Shown: positions 14,653 through 20,000 of the stretch, piece after piece
How the letters are laid out: each line of letters starts with the position of its first letter
Position numbering within the stretch: position 1 is the first letter of the stretch
IMG/VR virus record: IMGVR_UViG_3300030060_001311
Span: 47,622-67,621 of that record
Source: an uncultured virus (IMG/VR IMGVR_UViG_3300030060_001311)
Lineage: Duplodnaviria; Heunggongvirae; Uroviricota; Caudoviricetes
Direction: 5' to 3' (one strand)
DNA: 20,000 bases
Program-made: the position numbers and the translations under genes
The notes under the pieces: generated by a model
The model's database searches: none
Seen by the model: the letters and a program-made list of their open reading frames with translations, nothing else
Told to the model about the DNA's origin: nothing

Positions 14653-16095
14653 ATGCAGTATAAATTTAAAACAAAGCCTTATGAGCATCAACTTGAGGCG
14701 TTAAAAAGATCTTGGAATAAGAAAGAATACGCTTATTTCATGGAAATGGGAACAGGTAAATCTAAAGTTCTTATAGACAATATCGCACTTCTATATGATA
14801 AAGGTGGGATAAACGCGGCTATCATCGTAGCACCCAAAGGTGTCTATCGTAACTGGTCTGGAAAAGAAATACCTGCTCATATGCCTAACCATGTAGAACG
14901 ACACCTAGGTGTATGGAATCCAGCACCCACAGTTAAACAAAAAACAGAGTTGTTAAAACTATTCGAAGTATCATCTGAATTAAAAATATTAATTATTAAT
15001 GTAGAAGCTTTTAGCACTAAAAAAGGCGTAGCTTTTGTTGAAAAGTTTATACTTGCTCACAACACACTAATCGCGGTTGATGAATCTACGACTATTAAAA
15101 ACCCAAAAGCACAACGAACTAAGAATTTATTAAAATTAGCAATAAATACCAAGTATCGTAGAATTCTTACAGGCTTTCCTGTTACTCAATCACCGTTAGA
15201 TTTATATAGTCAAAGTGCATTTCTATCTACACAGTTATTAGGTTACTCATCGTTTTACTCATTTCAAAATAGATATGCGAAAATTATTAATAGAAGTATG
15301 GGGCAAAGAACTTTTAGACAAGTTGTTGGTTATCAAAATTTAGAAGAACTTACAGAAAATGTAAATGAGTTCTCTTACAGGGTGCTAAAGAAAGAATGCT
15401 TAGACTTACCCGATAAAGTATATCAACGCAGAGAAGTTGAACTTACACCTGAACAAAAGAAAGTTTATAAACAATTAAAAGATTATGCTATCGCACAATT
15501 AGAATCTAGTGAATTAGTAAGTGTTACTTCTGTTCTAACTCAGATTCTTAGATTACATCAAGTTGTTTGTGGTTTTGTTAAACACGATCAGGGTGAAGAA
15601 GTAGAAATTAAAAACAATCGTTTAGATAGTTTATTAGATGTATTAGCAGAAACTCAAGGCAAAGTTATTATATGGGCTAATTATCAATACGATATTAAAC
15701 GTATCTTAAAAACATTACACGATACTGTAGGCACAGAAGCAGTAGCAACCTACTATGGTGAAACGTTAGACGAAGATAGACAACAGATAATTAAATCATT
15801 TCAAGATCCTAACTCACCACTTACTTATTTAATTAGTAATGTACAAACAGGTGGTTATGGTATTACGCTCACCGAAGCAAGTACCGTAATTTATTATTCT
15901 AATAATTATGATTTAGAAAAACGTTTACAATCGGAAGATAGGGCTCATCGTATAGGTCAAACAAACAAAGTTACTTATATTGATTTAGTTGCTAAAGGTA
16001 CGGTTGATGAAAAAATCGTAAAAGCTCTCAGAAATAAACTTGACCTAGCACAAGAAGTATTAGGTGATGAAAAGTGGAAAGACTGGATCGATTAG
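14653..16095 (+). CDS. SNF2-family (SF2) helicase/ATPase
   Basis: Q motif PYEHQ, FMEMGTGKSK, IVAPK, VDEST, LTGFP, TGGYGITLT and QSEDRAHRIGQ. Confidence 0.95.
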   Translation: MQYKFKTKPYEHQLEALKRSWNKKEYAYFMEMGTGKSKVLIDNIALLYDKGGINAAIIVAPKGVYRNWSGKEIPAHMPNHVERHLGVWNPAPTVKQKTELLKLFEVSSELKILIINVEAFSTKKGVAFVEKFILAHNTLIAVDESTTIKNPKAQRTKNLLKLAINTKYRRILTGFPVTQSPLDLYSQSAFLSTQLLGYSSFYSFQNRYAKIINRSMGQRTFRQVVGYQNLEELTENVNEFSYRVLKKECLDLPDKVYQRREVELTPEQKKVYKQLKDYAIAQLESSELVSVTSVLTQILRLHQVVCGFVKHDQGEEVEIKNNRLDSLLDVLAETQGKVIIWANYQYDIKRILKTLHDTVGTEAVATYYGETLDEDRQQIIKSFQDPNSPLTYLISNVQTGGYGITLTEASTVIYYSNNYDLEKRLQSEDRAHRIGQTNKVTYIDLVAKGTVDEKIVKALRNKLDLAQEVLGDEKWKDWID

Positions 16096-16757
16096 TTTTT
16101 CTGCATATTAAAAGCACGAGAGTTTTTAAACACTTCTCTTAACTCATCTTTATCAGTCATAGTTCTGCCGCTCATGTTATAACCCATAGGACTGATTGAT
16201 TTTACAGATTCACTATTAAGAACAGGGTTTTCTTTAATACTGTTCATAATCATTTGTTTCATAGTTTCAGTATCTGATAAAGGCATACCGTCTTGAGCAT
16301 ATAAAGGTCCACCCATATACAGATCTTTGGGTATGGGTTTGCCTGTAATTTGTTCAACTACATCTGGATTTGTTTTAGCTAACGCTGTTAATCCAGGATT
16401 TAATCCACCACCATCTGACATCATCATAGGTTCTTCTTTACCACTTGACATAAGCATAGCTTTAGCAGTATCTAAAATAGCAACAGCTGCTTGAGGATCA
16501 CCGCCTGTTCTACCGATCGTTGCTTCGGCTAACAATGCTGCATCTTTTTCGATTGACATAGGTTCCTCTGTAGGCATTTCTTGACCGCCCATAGGAGGCA
16601 TAGCTCTTTGTTCTTCTACTACAGGAGGCATGGTTGGTTTTGTTCCCCCCATAGAAGCTAATCCACCTCGCATAGGGTTCATAGGAGGTCTAGGAGGCAC
16701 GTTTTGTGTACCGCCCATTGTTCTTATGTTCATTAAATCTTCTATTCCATTTGCCAT
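16092..16757 (-). CDS. Met/Pro/Gly-rich low-complexity protein, probable virion-associated
   Basis: 221-aa ORF with a GGAG SD. Last gene of the convergent arm; its stop overlaps the SNF2 stop. Confidence 0.7.
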   Translation of the reverse strand: MANGIEDLMNIRTMGGTQNVPPRPPMNPMRGGLASMGGTKPTMPPVVEEQRAMPPMGGQEMPTEEPMSIEKDAALLAEATIGRTGGDPQAAVAILDTAKAMLMSSGKEEPMMMSDGGGLNPGLTALAKTNPDVVEQITGKPIPKDLYMGGPLYAQDGMPLSDTETMKQMIMNSIKENPVLNSESVKSISPMGYNMSGRTMTDKDELREVFKNSRAFNMQKN

Positions 16758-16758
16758 T

Positions 16759-17760
16759 TTATCTCCGTGGTCTAAAGCCTGATTGGAACACTTGAGTAAG
16801 TGTATCGTTTTGTTGATTTAAGGGCAACCTCGATAGCCCACTATTTAACATATTATTATTTCCCATAGGTACTCGACCTCCGCTTCTCATACCTGTTGGT
16901 TTAGGTCTAAGCGGACTATCTTCGAATCCTGGAGTACTACCAAAAACACTTGGATCCATCGGTCTTGTATATCCTGCCATAACATTATCTAAAGGTCGTT
17001 CGTAAGGTATTACTGTTTCGTATGATCTACGTACAGGTGGTGGGGGTGGTGGTATATAAACTTCTGGTGGTATTGTTCCTGGAGGTCCATCTCCTCCTCC
17101 GTCAACAAATCCTGGAGGTAAATCACCTGTTTCAGGATCTCTAATTACAACGGGGTTATTAGGATCTCCTGGAACTAAAACTAAATCACCGCCTGTTTCA
17201 GGATCAACGAAAGGATAATCAGGTAAGGGGCTATCTGATACAGGAATATCCACATCAATTATATCGTCAGTAGGTAATTCGGGAGGATTAGTGTCGACAG
17301 GATCAATAAAATCGTTTATATCAAAATCATATATACCTAAATCGGGAAGATTTACAAAAGGGTCTGGTTCGGGCGTAGGAGTATCAAATACTTCTGTATA
17401 TGGATTATTAACGAATGTTGGTATATTAGGAATATTTGTTAAATCTATATCTTCAAAAGTAAGATCAGGAGTAATAAAAGGTTGTCCAAATATTGTAGGA
17501 TTAAAATTTGTATAATCTATATTCTTTACATAATCTATATTTGGTGCTGTTGGTAATGAAGCTATTCCTTGTTCTGCTTCAGTTGCTTGTATATTTTTAA
17601 AGTCAGCAACGTCTGCTTCATATTGATCAGTTGCGTTACCTCTAGCAAGATTTGCCTCTTTACGCATATTCATAACATCAATAAGTTCAGGATTCATAAT
17701 TCCTGACATATCGAAATCTTCGAATTGAAACATATTGTTATTAAATTTTTGTACTGCCAT
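16759..17760 (-). CDS. Pro/Asp-rich, likely disordered protein, probable virion-associated
   Basis: 333-aa ORF with an AGGA SD, an internal DPETG(G)DL repeat and a poly-Pro run. Confidence 0.7.
   Translation of the reverse strand: MAVQKFNNNMFQFEDFDMSGIMNPELIDVMNMRKEANLARGNATDQYEADVADFKNIQATEAEQGIASLPTAPNIDYVKNIDYTNFNPTIFGQPFITPDLTFEDIDLTNIPNIPTFVNNPYTEVFDTPTPEPDPFVNLPDLGIYDFDINDFIDPVDTNPPELPTDDIIDVDIPVSDSPLPDYPFVDPETGGDLVLVPGDPNNPVVIRDPETGDLPPGFVDGGGDGPPGTIPPEVYIPPPPPPVRRSYETVIPYERPLDNVMAGYTRPMDPSVFGSTPGFEDSPLRPKPTGMRSGGRVPMGNNNMLNSGLSRLPLNQQNDTLTQVFQSGFRPRR
17120..17205. repeat. Intragenic direct repeat AAATCACC(GCC)TGTTTCAGGATC
   Basis: Copies at 17120-17139 and 17183-17205, encoding DPETGDL and DPETGGDL. 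Confidence 0.7.
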
Positions 17761-20000
17761 TATAAATTCCTATAAATTACATTTTGCGTTAATGGATTTA
17801 AGTTTGGAATTTTTGAAATCTCATCAGCCGACTTAACTCGTTTTTCTTCTGTATCGTAATATTCTAAAGTATTCGCAATATCGTTTAAATAAACACTTTC
17901 ATAACTATTTAATAGTCTAATAAAATTATTTAAAGTTTTTCTTCCTGTTATAACTTGTACATAGGCTTCGAATAAATCTTCATCTTGTAAAACTTTACCC
18001 ATAAATCTTAAATTTCTATCTCCAATTAAATTATCTAAAGCGGTCGCTCGTCTACCAAACTGTGTTAACGGTGGGATAAAAAATCTTCTTATATATTCAG
18101 TTCCTGTATCTACTATTCCTTCTTTAGCCGCAGCTCTTGCAGCAGAATCTGTGGTTAAATCACCGTATTCTCTCATAGCTACATCACGTAACACGGTTAA
18201 ATTTTTAAAGAATGAATCTGTTTCATCTCCTAATAATCTTCGATAAACACCTTTAAAACTTAAATCATCTCCGACATAACCTGCGGGAGCAAAACCTTCA
18301 TTAAACAACTGATTGACTTTACGTAAATCGAATAAACCATCTGTTTGCATTCTAGTAAAAAGATATTTTTTAGATGCATCTTTAATTTGTGATTCTAAAA
18401 TCTCTCTTTCTGCAGGAGTTGCCATTGATAATAAATCATCTAAGAAATCTAAATCATCGATTAATTCACCAGACATTTTTGCCGTAGGACTTGAATCTAA
18501 AATTCTACTTACAATATTAAATGGGTTCGCGTCACCATATTTTTGTTCTAATAAATTATATTTTCTATTTAATTTTTCTATTGGTTCAATAATATTTTTT
18601 AAAAGCTTTACCTGTTTTAGGGAAACCTTTTTCAAAAAGTTCTTTACCAAAGACTGCTTCTAATGTTGCTTGATTTTGTTCAATAAATTCTTTATAGTTT
18701 TTAGCTAATACATTCGGTTGTCCGCTTGAAGGATCTAAGAAATTTTTACGAATATGATTAATTAAACCGTTTTGTATTCCTCTTATTTCTGGAACACTAC
18801 CTGTTTCTTTTAAAAAATTCATAAAATCATTAGCTTTTGTATTAACTAATGGTTTGTTTTTACTGCCTGTGCTTAATAAATAATTAATAACCCCTTCAGG
18901 TTCTTGTTTAGCCATGTCTTTTACAACTTGTTTATTAGCTGTATCGTATACCATACGCTGTGCATCAAATAAATCGACTAAATCTTGTGCTTCTTTTTTA
19001 GGTAAGTTAGAACGGATTGTTTTATACATTTGATTTTCGATAGCATCTTGTAATTCTTTAGTTAAATTAAATGCTCTCAAATCTCCTGGACTTTTGCTAG
19101 GATCAATACCTGAACGTATACTATTAATATCAATTCTTAATTGGTTAATTTCNNNNNNNNNNNACTATATTTTGTTAATCTTTCTATAGCTTCTTCACCA
19201 AATGTTTCTTTATATAATTTTCTTATTTGACCTTTTCCTGGACTAGCTAAACTACCTGTTTTACCTTCGGCAGCATTTTTAAAATTCAATATTTGTTTTC
19301 TAATAGGTCTTGAAGTAAATGTAAGATCGGCTATGCCTGAGTTAATTAAAGCATCATCAACCACGGTGTTTATATCGTCTTTATAAGTTCTACTTATTTC
19401 GTTTATACGATTTGTTAATCTAGGATAAAGATCAGTAGCCGCTTTTTCATCTAATACTTTTTCAAAAATAGGTGTATCTTTTCCTGCTGTTTTAATATTA
19501 TCAACTTGTAAAATAAGATTTTGTATACTTTGTTCTGAGTTATTAATAAATTCTTTTTTCTTTCTACCCATTAAATTCAATAACTCTCTACTAATTGTTT
19601 GACCTGTAACGTTAGAGTCTAATTTATCAAAAAGTTTACTAAATAATTTTTGTATAACTTCTTCATTACCCTCCATCGCGTCATCATAAAACTCTTTATA
19701 CGCAGGGTTATTTGTACCTTGAATTAACATAGCTTCTATATCAGCAATAACAGCTTCTTTAGAAGCACTAGCTAAGGTAGGATTATAAGTTAATTGTTCT
19801 CCTATATCATTAGTTAATCCTTCAATAGCTTCGTCAATATCTAATAAACTAACTTCTTCATCAAGTTTTTTATCACGTCCAACACTTTTTATTTTTTCAC
19901 CGCGTTTACTTGCTCGTTTACGTTCTATCGCGGCTTTTATCGCAGCCACATCTTCTGCTGCTAAATCAGTACCTCTAATAGCACGAACAAGTTTTGGCAA
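17760..20000 (-). CDS. C-terminal >740 aa of one large alpha-helical protein (probable internal virion/DNA-ejection protein), broken by an N-gap and a one-base frameshift
   Basis: Track ORFs 19137-20000, 18586-19080 and 17760-18650 join into one frame if the 11-N gap is mis-sized and one base is removed near TTTTAAAAAAT (~18594-18604). The middle frame is open right up to the gap (EINQLRIDIN...). Confidence 0.7.
19153..19163. other. Assembly gap (11 N)
   Basis: Run of n characters. Confidence 1.

Noticed and set aside
16080..16110. Intrinsic terminator between the convergent SNF2 and late genes
   Set aside because: The stop codons overlap and no GC-rich hairpin with a U-tract is evident.
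18594..18604. Programmed -1 ribosomal frameshift
   Set aside because: Joining the frames needs +1, and the X XXY YYZ heptamer is not in the upstream reading frame.
17291..18663. Plus-strand ORFs 17291-17515 and 18313-18663
   Set aside because: Antisense shadows (Ser/Ile/Lys/Phe-rich) of the late genes.
17760..19080. Treating 17760-18650 and 18586-19080 as independent genes
   Set aside because: Both have TTG starts, and the middle frame stays open to the N-gap. They are better explained as fragments of one gene.
1..20000. tRNA, rRNA or stop-codon reassignment
   Set aside because: No cloverleaf or rRNA-like segment was seen, and genes tile densely under the standard code.

Overview
This AT-rich window comes from a tailed dsDNA phage, probably marine and probably from a metagenomic assembly (there is an 11-N gap at 19153-19163). 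Positions 1-14339 form a densely packed minus-strand early/replication arm. It encodes a DUF932-like protein, a VRR-NUC-type resolvase, a sigma-region-4-like HTH protein, a family A DNA polymerase (Leu762 type), a UvrD-like helicase, an AlkB-like dioxygenase, an AEP primase and a probable SSB. A divergent intergenic region (14340-14652) carries four palindromic TCTAWTAGA sites, followed by a plus-strand SNF2-type helicase and the convergent end of a probable virion/ejection-protein arm. The most interesting part is a translationally coupled operon (8821 to 2839): class I SAM methyltransferase, stand-alone aGPT-Pplase1/'HMUDK-helical' protein, small ORF, dUMP-hydroxymethylase-type thymidylate synthase homologue, Nmad1/MazG-like protein, Lys-rich protein, PolA and HTH. 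It looks like a 5-hmdU-based thymidine hypermodification system. In this window it lacks the P-loop kinase, amino-acid:DNA transferase, PLP decarboxylase and radical-SAM genes of characterised pathways and has a methyltransferase instead, so it may make an undescribed base. A five-copy promoter motif (GCTTTACTTT-N14-TAnnnT) organises the arm, and the copy in front of the modification operon is uniquely embedded in a palindrome. All family calls come from motif recognition by eye; no searches were run.
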